64,000 nucleotides of DNA from Candidatus Amulumruptor caecigallinarius (GCA_023665605.1 JAMPDP010000001.1:456115-520114); one strand, 5' to 3'; shown: positions 9,253 through 18,730, counted from the first letter of the stretch. A program made the numbers and translations. The notes: generated from the sequence alone by a model not told the origin.

Positions 9253-10452
9253 ATGCGACAGATTATAAGGCACTTTACTGACGACGACCTCTACAAGTTC
9301 ACCATGTGCTGCGCGGTTATTGACAACTACCCGCGCACCCAGGTGCGTTATCGGTTTACCGACCGCGATGACACAGTCTATCCACCGGGCTTTGCCGAAC
9401 TTGTAATTGAGCAGGTGAAAATGCTCGAGGATGTGACCATCACCGATGAGGAAGTGGAGTTCATGCGCCGGCGATGCAATTACATCCCGTCATGGTTTCT
9501 GAGCTATCTGAAAGGCTACCGCTATGACTCGCGCCGTGTCAAGGCGTGGCAGGATGATGCAGGGCACCTCCACATAGAGTTCGAGGGAGCGTGGAGCGAC
9601 ACAATCCTTCTCGAAGTGAAGGTACTTGCCATCGTTTCGGAACTATATTACATGGTCACCGGACAGGATGCGACGTTGGACTACGAGTCCTATTATCATG
9701 CCTCTGCGGCCAAAGCCCGCAGGCTGATTGAGGCAGGGTGTTCATTCAGTGACTTCGGCACTCGTCGACGGGCTTCTTTTCAGGCACAGGATGTAGCCGT
9801 GAGAGCCATGAAAGAGTGTCGGGCTGACGGGCCGGGGAGGTTTGTCGGCACGAGCAACGTGTATCTGGCCATGAAATATGACCTCACGCCAATCGGCACC
9901 ATGGCCCATGAGCTTGTGTGCGCCATTGCCGGGATGTACGGGCCTCTGATGGCCAACAACATAGCCATGAAAGTGTGGGCTCATACCTACCGTGGAGCTC
10001 TCGGCACATTTCTCTATGATACATACGGATGGCGTATCTTCAGTCTGAATTTCTCGGAGGACTATGCCAATATGTTCAAAGGGCTGAGGGTGGATAGTGG
10101 CGACAACTTTCATGAGCTTGACTTGATAGTGGACAAGTACCGGTCGCTCGGCATCGACCCGGCAACCAAGCAGGTGGTGTTCAGCAACGGGCTTGACGTG
10201 GACTCGGCTATTGAGGTGCAGCGTTACGCCGAGGGGAAGTGCATCCCCTCATTCGGCATCGGCACACATTTCACCAACGATTTTCCCGGAGTGAGACCAC
10301 GGAACATTGTCATCAAGCTTCTGGCCGTCAAGATTACCGAGTCGTGGCCCCGCTACTCCCCTACCTGCAAGCTGAGCGAGGACAAGGGCAAATACACCGG
10401 CGAACCGGCCACTGTACGTCGCTTCCTCGACACCCTCTGGCTTGATGCCTGA
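9253..10452 (+). CDS. pncB: Nicotinate phosphoribosyltransferase
   Basis: 399 aa with the NAPRTase N-terminal signature (LYKFTM...) and a C-terminal PRTase domain. Confidence 0.8.
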   Translation: MRQIIRHFTDDDLYKFTMCCAVIDNYPRTQVRYRFTDRDDTVYPPGFAELVIEQVKMLEDVTITDEEVEFMRRRCNYIPSWFLSYLKGYRYDSRRVKAWQDDAGHLHIEFEGAWSDTILLEVKVLAIVSELYYMVTGQDATLDYESYYHASAAKARRLIEAGCSFSDFGTRRRASFQAQDVAVRAMKECRADGPGRFVGTSNVYLAMKYDLTPIGTMAHELVCAIAGMYGPLMANNIAMKVWAHTYRGALGTFLYDTYGWRIFSLNFSEDYANMFKGLRVDSGDNFHELDLIVDKYRSLGIDPATKQVVFSNGLDVDSAIEVQRYAEGKCIPSFGIGTHFTNDFPGVRPRNIVIKLLAVKITESWPRYSPTCKLSEDKGKYTGEPATVRRFLDTLWLDA

Positions 10453-10566
10453 CAGCCCCTCGACATACATTCTCGCAGTAATGTAGCTATCAGAGAGTCA
10501 TCACAACACCATAATTTCAAAAATACCAAAATCCTAAAGATTTTTGAAAATAGAAGTTAATCCCTT

Positions 10567-10574
10567 ATATTTGC
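10567..10574 (+). promoter_or_regulatory. TAnnTTTG -7 element (TATATTTG) about 16 bp upstream of the GHKL-ATPase gene
   Basis: Motif match. Lies in the AT-rich flank. Confidence 0.35.
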
Positions 10575-10589
10575 GAAGTCGACTTAGAG

Positions 10590-11549
10590 TTGTCACTTAC
10601 GACTTCGTCTGTTGATTTCATTGTATACATGCCAAACCTAACGATCAAGGATATCCCGGTCCCTGCCGTCGGTAGAGAGGAGCGCATCGGAAGTGTGCTC
10701 AATCAGGTGTGTCATATAATGTATGATACCGAGAATACTCTTGCCGCAGGGCAACATAAAGTCGCCTGGGACTTTAGACAATGTTCTTTTCTGCATCCTT
10801 ATTTTCTCGGTGCTTTAGCCATATTGAAGCAGATGTATGGCGAGACAGTGGTGTGCAGAAATATTCCAAGTGCGATCAGCTCATATCTGGATGTAGTATA
10901 TTTCCACAAGCCATTACGTATAGAAGAGGATATGGTTGCCGATGAGATTTGGAGCCGATACAAACATAAGACTTATTTACCGATTTGTGAGTTTATCCCA
11001 TCCAATAAATCATCCGTAAAAGCGCAGGAGCTGATCCAATCCACAATAAAGAGCCAACTTGGCGGGAGAATTCATTCATTTCTGTCCTACCTTCTGAGTG
11101 AGCTGATAGACAATATAACGGACCACTCACATAGTGAAGTTGGGTATGTGTTTTGTCAATCAATCCCAAGATTAAATCAGCTTCATGTATTTATTGCCGA
11201 TACTGGTCGAACCATTTATTCATCATACGCCACTGACTCACGCTATTCTTCGCTGCTAAGCATTGCAGAGTCATCGGCGCTATTGCTTGCACTGAAAGGG
11301 AAGTCAACAAAAAACAGGCCGGAAAATGAGAATCGCGGATATGGTATTTCCAAGTCAATAAACTTGATTGTAAATGGGCTTGGCGGAGAGTTCTTCATAC
11401 TCTCAGGTTCGGCTTTTGCCAGAAATGATGCTCAAGGAGAAATAGTTGCCGACTTGCCTCCCGAACTAAGATGGAACGGTACAATCGTGCTCCTCAAACT
11501 TCCAATGAATCCGCCGGAAGGTCTTAATATTTATAATTACATAGTTTGA
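10590..11549 (+). CDS. GHKL/Bergerat-fold ATPase (histidine-kinase-like / RsbW-like ATP-binding domain) with an unrecognised N-terminal domain of about 160 aa
   Basis: N-box ELIDNITDH, G1 IADTGRTI, G2 NRGYGIS, G3 LVNGLGGEF. The ORF is AT-rich relative to its neighbours. 319 aa. Confidence 0.6.
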   Translation: MSLTTSSVDFIVYMPNLTIKDIPVPAVGREERIGSVLNQVCHIMYDTENTLAAGQHKVAWDFRQCSFLHPYFLGALAILKQMYGETVVCRNIPSAISSYLDVVYFHKPLRIEEDMVADEIWSRYKHKTYLPICEFIPSNKSSVKAQELIQSTIKSQLGGRIHSFLSYLLSELIDNITDHSHSEVGYVFCQSIPRLNQLHVFIADTGRTIYSSYATDSRYSSLLSIAESSALLLALKGKSTKNRPENENRGYGISKSINLIVNGLGGEFFILSGSAFARNDAQGEIVADLPPELRWNGTIVLLKLPMNPPEGLNIYNYIV

Positions 11550-11555
11550 CATACT

Positions 11556-11894
11556 ATGCTCATAAGCATATCATCAGCCATAGGTCGCGATTTGCGCACC
11601 CGTTCATTTTTCAGACGTGACATTGACACATTGCTTGGTCAATGCAGAAACGCTATTGTATCACTGGATTTTACAGGAGTGACATTCATATCCCGGTCAG
11701 TAGCGGATGAAATATGCAACCTACTGAGAGATTGTCCAAATGTAACTTTAAAGGGGATGACCGGTGATGTATCAATGATGTACCGTGTAGTAGCAAAAGC
11801 ACGCTCACACCCGAGACTATTCCCTGATACCAACACAACCGTGGTTCATCTTGAATCACTTGATCAGATGACGTCATTCTTTAATGCATTGTGA
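11556..11894 (+). CDS. Small STAS-like protein (DUF4325-like, anti-sigma-factor-antagonist fold), 112 aa
   Basis: It starts 6 bp after the GHKL gene stop on the same strand. Its size and sequence character match STAS-like DUF4325 proteins (...SLDFTGVTFISRSVADEI...). Confidence 0.5.
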   Translation: MLISISSAIGRDLRTRSFFRRDIDTLLGQCRNAIVSLDFTGVTFISRSVADEICNLLRDCPNVTLKGMTGDVSMMYRVVAKARSHPRLFPDTNTTVVHLESLDQMTSFFNAL

Positions 11895-11981
11895 CAGCAT
11901 AGACAACTCTTTGGCATAAAAACAGGGGCGGGTGGGTGAATGAGTTGAAAAATTGCTATATTTGTTGGTGACAATCAACAG

Positions 11982-12731
11982 ATGGGCTCTGACGTTACAG
12001 CATCCGATACAAACCGCAACGGCTCCGGCACGCTTTATCTGCTTCCGGTGCCGCTGAGTGACACCCGCCCCGACGAGGTGCTCCCCGCCGCCAACATAGC
12101 CGTGGCCTCGCGGCTGCGGCATTTCATAGTGGAGAATGTGCGTTCGGCGCGACGCTTCCTGAAGCGTTGTAATCCGGCGATTGAGATTGATGCGTTGACA
12201 TTCAGTGTGCTTGACGTCAACACTCCCGAAAGTGATGTTACAGCCATGATGGCACCTCTGCGACATGGTGAGGATATGGGGGTAATCAGCGAAGCCGGTT
12301 GTCCGGCTGTGGCCGACCCCGGTGCTCTCGCAGTGGCCGAAGCGCAGCGGATGGGTGCCAAGGTGGTACCTTTAGTGGGACCGTCAAGCATCCTCATGGC
12401 ACTGATGGGCTCGGGCTTCAATGGGCAGAGTTTCGCCTTCAGGGGCTATCTCCCGATTGATGAGCATGAGCGAGCATCAGAACTGCGTCGCCTTGAGCGG
12501 ATCTCGGCCAAGGAGGGGCAGACGCAGATATTCATCGAAACGCCATACCGCAACACGCGGCTTATAACCACCATGCTTTCCACTCTCGCCGATGACACGC
12601 AGCTGTGCGTGGCCACAGACATCACCGGTCCTGCGCAGAGGATTGTCACCCGCAGCATAAAGTCATGGCGTGGTCAGGATGTGACATACTGCCACAAAGT
12701 GCCCACCATCTTCCTGATACACCGATACTGA
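11982..12731 (+). CDS. rsmI: 16S rRNA (cytidine1402-2'-O)-methyltransferase
   Basis: Tetrapyrrole-methylase fold with an N-terminal LYLLPVPLSD motif. 249 aa. A TATATTTG motif lies at 11957-11964. Confidence 0.8.
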   Translation: MGSDVTASDTNRNGSGTLYLLPVPLSDTRPDEVLPAANIAVASRLRHFIVENVRSARRFLKRCNPAIEIDALTFSVLDVNTPESDVTAMMAPLRHGEDMGVISEAGCPAVADPGALAVAEAQRMGAKVVPLVGPSSILMALMGSGFNGQSFAFRGYLPIDEHERASELRRLERISAKEGQTQIFIETPYRNTRLITTMLSTLADDTQLCVATDITGPAQRIVTRSIKSWRGQDVTYCHKVPTIFLIHRY

Positions 12732-12759
12732 TTCACTAAAGCAACCATCACCCGAGACA

Positions 12760-13779
12760 ATGGCCCGTCAGAACCGCAGATATTCCGCTTCACCTTACGC
12801 TTCGATGCCGTCGCTCTTCAGCGATGACGAGCTCGATGCGCCCCCGATGGTGGAGGAGGTGAGCCTTGATGCGCTGCGGGCGGCTCCGGTGGTGAAGTTT
12901 ATGAGTTTCGGCTCCGGCTCGTCAGGCAACTGCGCGTTTCTAACTGATGGCACCACCGGCCTGATAATAGATGCGGGCGTTGACCCCGAGCATGTGGAGC
13001 GGTCGCTCGCGCGCCACGGCTATTCGATGGATTGCGTCCGCGGCATCCTGTTGACCCACGACCATGGCGACCATGTGCGCTACGTGTATAAGCTCGCCAA
13101 GGCCCACAACCATCTGCGGGTTTACTGTACCCCCAAGGCCTTCAACGGCATCATGCGCCGCCACAGCATAGCACGTCGCCTCAAAGATTACTTTCAGGCC
13201 ATCTACAAGGAGTTTCCTTTCAAGATAGGCGGCTGGGAGGTGACCGCCTTTGATGTGAGCCATGACGGCACCGACAATGCCGGTTTCTTCCTCACCAATG
13301 GTCCACACCGCATTGCCGTGGCTACCGATCTAGGGTGTATTACCCCGAGAGTGACATACTATATGTCACAGGCGCGAAACGTCATCATCGAATCCAACTA
13401 TGATGCCGCGATGCTCGCTACGGGGCCGTATCCTGAGTTTCTCAAGGCTCGCATCGCCGCCGACAACGGGCATCTTGACAACACCGTAACGGCCGGATTT
13501 GTGGGTCGCCTCTATGCCGGGAGCGACCTCTTGCAGCGTGTGTATCTGTGCCATCTGAGCCATGACAACAACACTCCCGCCACGGCCATAGGAGCGGTGG
13601 AGAGAGAACTGCGCGCATTGGATCCCGGCATTGAGATTGTGCGTGATGACACCGTGCCCCCGACACCATCGGCTACACCGCGGCGGCGCCTGCTCGTTGA
13701 CGCGCTTCCCCGCTTTGAGGCTTCTGTGCTCTACACCTTCCGCCTCCCCGGCTCCTCACCTGCAACCTCGTCTCGCTGA
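12760..13779 (+). CDS. MBL-fold metallo-hydrolase (YycJ/WalJ-like) with a low-complexity C-terminal tail
   Basis: HxHxDH motif (LLTHDHGDHV) and SGSSGNCAFL. The stop overlaps the helicase start (ATGA at 13779). Confidence 0.7.
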   Translation: MARQNRRYSASPYASMPSLFSDDELDAPPMVEEVSLDALRAAPVVKFMSFGSGSSGNCAFLTDGTTGLIIDAGVDPEHVERSLARHGYSMDCVRGILLTHDHGDHVRYVYKLAKAHNHLRVYCTPKAFNGIMRRHSIARRLKDYFQAIYKEFPFKIGGWEVTAFDVSHDGTDNAGFFLTNGPHRIAVATDLGCITPRVTYYMSQARNVIIESNYDAAMLATGPYPEFLKARIAADNGHLDNTVTAGFVGRLYAGSDLLQRVYLCHLSHDNNTPATAIGAVERELRALDPGIEIVRDDTVPPTPSATPRRRLLVDALPRFEASVLYTFRLPGSSPATSSR

Positions 13780-15173
13780 TGACTGCTGAAGAATTCGGTG
13801 GTACCGTGCTCGCGGCACTCCCCTATGAGCCCACCGACCAACAGATTATGGTCATTGCCGCACTAAGCAGATTCATCGCTGCGCCGCCGGATGGCGAAAA
13901 CCGGGTGTTTCTGCTCAACGGCTATGCCGGAACCGGAAAGACCTCACTGATAGCAGCAGTGGTGAAAGCCCTCGGCGCATATGGTCGGCAGTCTGTGCTA
14001 CTGGCTCCCACCGGTCGCGCGGCAAAAGTGTTCGGCAACTTCGCCGGGCGACAGGCCTACACCATACACCGCCGCATCTATCGCGGAGGCAGCGGAGCGG
14101 GAGCATCGGAAGTGGCACCCAACCGGTTGGCGGGAGCCGTGTACATAGTCGACGAGGCCTCCATGATCGGTGACTCGCTGGCTTCCGGCTCGCTGCTTGA
14201 AGACCTGCTCGAACATGTGTTTACCGGCGCAGGCTGCCGCCTCATTCTCTTGGGAGACACCGCTCAGCTCCCCCCCGTTGGCACTTCTACCTCACCAGCC
14301 ATGGACGCCGGGATGCTCCGTTCGCGCGGCCTGCGCGTGAGCCGCGCCGTGATGACACGCACAGTGCGCCAGGCATCGCGCTCAGGCATTCTCTACAACG
14401 CGACACACCTGCGGCGCCTCATGCAACTTCCGCAACTCCCGGAGCCGGAAATGCGCGTCAGCGGATTTCGCGACGTCAGAGTGGCAGACGGCGAAGAACT
14501 CGCCGAAATGATGGCAGACGATTATGCCGAATCGGGACCTGAGAACACCATCCTCATCACCCGCTCCAACTCACGCGCTACGCGCTTCAACCTGGCCATC
14601 CGTTCCATAATCAACGGAGCCGAAGAGGAGCTCGTGACCGAGGAACGGCTGATGGTAGCCAAGAACAATTACTTCTGGACACGTGCCATAGAGGGGATTG
14701 AGTTTCTGGCCAACGGAGAGATGGCAGTAGTTGACACAATCCGTGGCGTAGACAGCCGCTACGGCCACCGGTTCGCCGACGTGACGCTTCTGCTCCCGGA
14801 GCGTGACATGACGATAGATTGCAAGATATTCCTTGACACTTTAGTATCCGACACCCCCGCGCTTACCGCTGAGGAGAATGCGGAACTTGAGCGACAGGTG
14901 CTCACCGAAGCTGCCGACGGGGCGACCCTCAGTCCCACCGCCGCACTTAAAGCCGCCAAAGAAAACCCGTGGCTCAATGCCCTGCAAGTGAAGTATGCCT
15001 ACGCAGTGACCTGCCACAAAGCACAGGGTGGCCAATGGCGAGATGTCTACATTGACGCCTCCTATCTTCCGCCGGATGTGCCGGCTATTGAGAACTATCG
15101 CTGGCTATACACCGCCGTGACCCGCGCCACACACCGCCTCACCCTTCTCAACCCTTCTTTTACCATTAAATAA
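13779..15173 (+). CDS. RecD-like ATP-dependent DNA helicase (AAA_30 / UvrD_C_2 type)
   Basis: Walker A GYAGTGKTS and Walker B VYIVDEASM. A C-terminal helicase motif is present (CHKAQGGQW...YTAVTRATHRL). 464 aa. Confidence 0.8.
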   Translation: MTAEEFGGTVLAALPYEPTDQQIMVIAALSRFIAAPPDGENRVFLLNGYAGTGKTSLIAAVVKALGAYGRQSVLLAPTGRAAKVFGNFAGRQAYTIHRRIYRGGSGAGASEVAPNRLAGAVYIVDEASMIGDSLASGSLLEDLLEHVFTGAGCRLILLGDTAQLPPVGTSTSPAMDAGMLRSRGLRVSRAVMTRTVRQASRSGILYNATHLRRLMQLPQLPEPEMRVSGFRDVRVADGEELAEMMADDYAESGPENTILITRSNSRATRFNLAIRSIINGAEEELVTEERLMVAKNNYFWTRAIEGIEFLANGEMAVVDTIRGVDSRYGHRFADVTLLLPERDMTIDCKIFLDTLVSDTPALTAEENAELERQVLTEAADGATLSPTAALKAAKENPWLNALQVKYAYAVTCHKAQGGQWRDVYIDASYLPPDVPAIENYRWLYTAVTRATHRLTLLNPSFTIK

Positions 15174-15188
15174 TCACACCACCACACC

Positions 15189-15614
15189 ATGAGCAAAAAC
15201 TACACGCCCCAACGAATCACCCACCTTGACAAGGACGAAATATTTGTGTTTGGCAGCAACCTGCAAGGGATGCACGGGGGCGGCGCGGCACGCATTGCCT
15301 ATGAGAAATTCGGCGCCGTGTGGGGGCAAGGAGTCGGCCTCCAGGGCCAGTCATATGCCATCCCGACGATGCAAGGGGGTGTGGAGACCATCAAGCCTTA
15401 CGTAGACCGATTCACAGAGTTTGCCCGGGAGTGTGACCAGAATACCTTCTACGTGACTCGCATAGGCTGCGGCATCGCCGGCTTCACTGATGAGGAGATC
15501 GCGCCGCTCTTTGACGAAGCCTACGACCTCTACAACGTGCGTCTGCCCAAGTCATTTGCAGACATCATCGAGCGGCATCGCAAAAGCCTGTCGGGCCTAT
15601 CAAACCATGCATAA
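15189..15614 (+). CDS. Small macro-domain-like protein (possible ADP-ribose binding/processing). The assignment is tentative.
   Basis: FGSNLQGMHGGGAARIAY resembles the macro-domain motif AANxxLxGGGGVxxAI. A second motif, RIGCGIAGFTDEEIA, resembles GIYGYP. The protein is only 141 aa, which is short for a macro domain. Confidence 0.35.
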   Translation: MSKNYTPQRITHLDKDEIFVFGSNLQGMHGGGAARIAYEKFGAVWGQGVGLQGQSYAIPTMQGGVETIKPYVDRFTEFARECDQNTFYVTRIGCGIAGFTDEEIAPLFDEAYDLYNVRLPKSFADIIERHRKSLSGLSNHA

Positions 15615-15647
15615 GCTCTGGGTGTTTTCATATTATAATGAGATAAT

Positions 15648-16007
15648 ATGAATGTAGAAGAACTCAGAGAATATTGCCTCGCGCTACCGAAGGTTGAAGA
15701 GAACTGCCCTTGGACGGAGCCCCAGTATGAGATGCTGATTACTTACAAGGTAGGCGGCAAGTGGTTCGTGCTTGTCAATCCCGATGACAAGTTCATCGAT
15801 GTGAAGTGCGACCCTGAAACTATTGTCGATATGCAAAGCCGCTATCAGGGTGCATTTCCGGCGTGGCACATGAACAAGGAGCACTGGCTCGGCATCCGCT
15901 TGGAGTCAGATGTGCCTGATTCCCTTATCCGTCAGCTCATAAAAGAGGGCTATGGTATGGTTGTGGCCAAGCTACCCAAGAAGACACGTGAAACCCTTGG
16001 AATATGA
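15648..16007 (+). CDS. MmcQ/YjbR-family DNA-binding protein
   Basis: 119 aa. Family-typical sequence (…PWTEPQYEMLITYKVGGKWFVLVNPDD…HWLGIRL…). Confidence 0.65.
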   Translation: MNVEELREYCLALPKVEENCPWTEPQYEMLITYKVGGKWFVLVNPDDKFIDVKCDPETIVDMQSRYQGAFPAWHMNKEHWLGIRLESDVPDSLIRQLIKEGYGMVVAKLPKKTRETLGI

Positions 16008-16708
16008 AGATAATAGCTATCAACGGGAGCCCTCGTAAGGGCTGGAACAGCTTCAAGCTGCTTGAGAAGTGGAAGGAGGGAGTGCTGTCGGTGCTACCTG
16101 ATGCAGAGATCAAAGAGATTAATCTCTATGACCTGCAATTCACCGGATGCCGCAGTTGCTTCGCATGCAAGATGAAGGGCGGCAAGTTCTTCGGGACTTG
16201 CCCTATACCCGACGGCATCCACGACCTGCTTGCCGCAATCCGTGAGGCGGATGCTGTGGCATTAGCTGTACCCATCTATTTCGGTGACATCAACGCATAT
16301 GTCAAATGCCTGATAGAGCGCATGATATATTCCGTGATGACCTATGGCAATCCGCCGCGAATCCTGCAAGAGAAGCCGGTTGACTTCACGATGCTTTATT
16401 CAATGAATGCCACAGAGCAATACGTCAAGGAGCATAACTACCTCTCACGGTGCCATGAGACCGAGTCCACCATAGGCTGGGCATACCACTGCAAGGTGAG
16501 GAATGTTATTGCGTATGACACCTATCAGTTTGCGGACTATAGCAAGTACGAGGCCGAGATGTTCTCAGAGCCACACAAGCGCAAGCAGCATGACGAACAA
16601 TTCCCGAAGGACTTGCAGTCAGCCTTTGACACCGGCGCGCAAGTGGCCCGCTCAATTCAGGGGGAGCCGGCCAAGGAGAACCCTCAGGTGCCTGTCGTCC
16701 ACTTCTAA
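16004..16708 (+). CDS. Flavodoxin-family / NADPH-dependent FMN reductase-like iron-sulfur flavoprotein
   Basis: MKIIAINGSPRKGWNS plus a Cys cluster (CRSCFAC). Confidence 0.65.
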   Translation: MKIIAINGSPRKGWNSFKLLEKWKEGVLSVLPDAEIKEINLYDLQFTGCRSCFACKMKGGKFFGTCPIPDGIHDLLAAIREADAVALAVPIYFGDINAYVKCLIERMIYSVMTYGNPPRILQEKPVDFTMLYSMNATEQYVKEHNYLSRCHETESTIGWAYHCKVRNVIAYDTYQFADYSKYEAEMFSEPHKRKQHDEQFPKDLQSAFDTGAQVARSIQGEPAKENPQVPVVHF

Positions 16709-16738
16709 GGACTTGTCTCTGATGTTAACCAACTCACT

Positions 16739-17563
16739 ATGAGGAGCACAATAGCCGTTATAATCGCTTTTGTCATGAGCACGTTGGGCGTTAAGGCACA
16801 GACTGACTCGACTTTTCATATTGCCGGGTCGCAGGGTCAGCTGCATTGCCGCATACAGATGCCGGAGGGCACGGTGAGATGTCCGATGGTGATATTGTCA
16901 CACGGATTCGGCGGTGACATGACATTTCACCTCTGGGATCCCATCGCTGAGAGGCTGAATGCCGCCGGCATTGGTGTTGTGAGATATGACTTCAACGGGT
17001 GCGGCAAGAGCGATGGTGAGTTTCAGAACATGACGGTTCCTAACGAAATTGAAGACCTCATGGCCGTGATTGCATGGACTCGAAGCCAACCGCGTACCTT
17101 GGGCATCTCACTGGTGGGTCACTCTCAGGGTGGCGTAGTGTCAGGCATGGCTGCAGGAGAATGTGGAGCGACGCAGATAGACCGGCTCGTGCTGCTATCT
17201 GCCGCTGCCGTGCTCCGCGAGGATGCTTTACGCGGGAGTTCACAGGGCGCGACATTTGACCCCTGGCATCTCGACAAACCATATTATGTGGTGCCGGGCC
17301 GAGGGCTGAAGATAGGCCGCGAATATATTCAGACGGCCATGAATCTTCCGATCTATCAGACGACGGCAAAATACAGCGGCCCCGCTCTGATACTCAACGG
17401 GATGGCGGATGTCATAGTGCCGTACACCTATGCCGAGTTGTATCACAAAGTACTGAAAAACAGCCAGCTGATAATCATTCCGGGTGAGGACCATTCCTAT
17501 ACTGTCAGCCCTGATTATGCTGTTGACCTGGTCACTGACTGGCTGATAAAAGAGCTGAAATAG
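16739..17563 (+). CDS. Secreted alpha/beta-hydrolase
   Basis: Signal peptide. Nucleophile-elbow motif GHSQGG. 274 aa. Confidence 0.7.
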   Translation: MRSTIAVIIAFVMSTLGVKAQTDSTFHIAGSQGQLHCRIQMPEGTVRCPMVILSHGFGGDMTFHLWDPIAERLNAAGIGVVRYDFNGCGKSDGEFQNMTVPNEIEDLMAVIAWTRSQPRTLGISLVGHSQGGVVSGMAAGECGATQIDRLVLLSAAAVLREDALRGSSQGATFDPWHLDKPYYVVPGRGLKIGREYIQTAMNLPIYQTTAKYSGPALILNGMADVIVPYTYAELYHKVLKNSQLIIIPGEDHSYTVSPDYAVDLVTDWLIKELK

Positions 17564-17910
17564 AGTCATCCGCCTGCAACCTGTCACATCCAAGATGTTG
17601 CGGAGCTTGTTTAATAATAAATGTGAACATTGCGGTCGAAAATCTTGGCGCAGATTTCATCCTGAGACGAAGGAGCATAGTGAGCTATGTGACTGATTCA
17701 AAGGACCAAAAGCACCCAAGCCAGCGAGACACCTTGAGTAACATTTCGCATCAGGATATTTGGAACGATATTTGTAGCAATTATTAAGGGAACTCTTCAT
17801 GCTGCGTTATTTCGCCTGACACGGTGCCCCAGTCTTGCTTGTATTACATCGACCAATGGCCAGAGCAATCTGTCACGGCCAAACGCCTCGAATCTAAAGT
17901 CTCCTCTTGG

Positions 17911-17938
17911 AAGTTACCCCTTGTCCGGCACCGGACAA
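17911..17938. terminator. Perfect hairpin (CCCCTTGTCCGG-CACC-GGACAAGGGG) downstream of the minus-strand FMN reductase gene
   Basis: A 12-bp perfect stem located 30 bp after the gene's stop. Confidence 0.5.
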
Positions 17939-17967
17939 GGGGCTCTGAAATTTTATGATCTGGAGCC

Positions 17968-18594
17968 TTAGCCATAAAAGCTGGTGAAGGAGCCACGCTC
18001 CTGCTGCGGGAAACCTCCGTCAGCGTCACGCTGTGCCTTGAACGCCTTAATCATGAAGGCGATATTGCGACCTAGATTGCGCATGGTCTGCAAGCCTTCG
18101 AGGTCTTTCTCGACATCTTCTGCGGTAAAGCCGTGAACCTCGTTCCAGTAGGTGCTGGATGCTATAGGCATGGACGCTATGGTGAAATACTTGTTGATTT
18201 CATCAAAGGCTGATGTGGAACCGGCGCGTCGCGAGGACACGACAGAAGCCCCTATCTTCATGGTCTTGTCGAACACGCCGGAGGTGCTGTAAAAGAGTCG
18301 GTCCATGAAGGCGAGCAACTGGCCGTTGCTCCCGGCATAATAAGTTGGAGAACCAACTACAATGGCATCAGCCTGGGCAAACTTCGGAGCAGTCTCATTG
18401 ACGGCATCGTTGAACACGCATCTGCCATGCTGACGACAGAAGTTGCAGGCTATGCAACCTCTGATGTCCTTGTTGCCGATATTTATGCGCTCAACTTCTA
18501 TGCCACACTCTTTCAGGGTGGTCTCCAACTCGGTCAGGGCTCGGGCAGTGCAGCCGTTAAGGTGCGGGCTGCCATTGATTGTTAATACTTTCAT
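17968..18594 (-). CDS. NADPH-dependent FMN reductase / iron-sulfur flavoprotein
   Basis: MKVLTINGSPHLNGCT... plus CIACNFCRQHGRC. 208 aa. Confidence 0.7.
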   Translation of the reverse strand: MKVLTINGSPHLNGCTARALTELETTLKECGIEVERINIGNKDIRGCIACNFCRQHGRCVFNDAVNETAPKFAQADAIVVGSPTYYAGSNGQLLAFMDRLFYSTSGVFDKTMKIGASVVSSRRAGSTSAFDEINKYFTIASMPIASSTYWNEVHGFTAEDVEKDLEGLQTMRNLGRNIAFMIKAFKAQRDADGGFPQQERGSFTSFYG

Positions 18595-18639
18595 ATAAAG
18601 TTGTTTTATCGCTTGTTATGTTTTCTCTCAAAGATGTCG

Positions 18640-18730
18640 AGTCACATGACTTCCATTTTGATTCAATCAGACTCATAGTCAACCTCAAATGGCAGTCAAG
18701 GTCAACCGGTATTTTCTTTTCATATGCCAT
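18640..18730 (-). pseudogene. Truncated 5' fragment of an hxlR-family regulator paralog (about 30 codons). Its duplicated promoter region extends to about 18860.
   Basis: MAYEKKIPVDLDCHLRLTMSLIESKWKS matches the N-terminus of the intact HxlR at 21565 (MAYEKKIKVDLDCPLRLTMSLIESKWKS). Nucleotide identity is about 80% over roughly 85 nt and then diverges. The upstream CTGATTTTCAG / TTTTTCGGTA promoter block is also shared. Confidence 0.55.
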
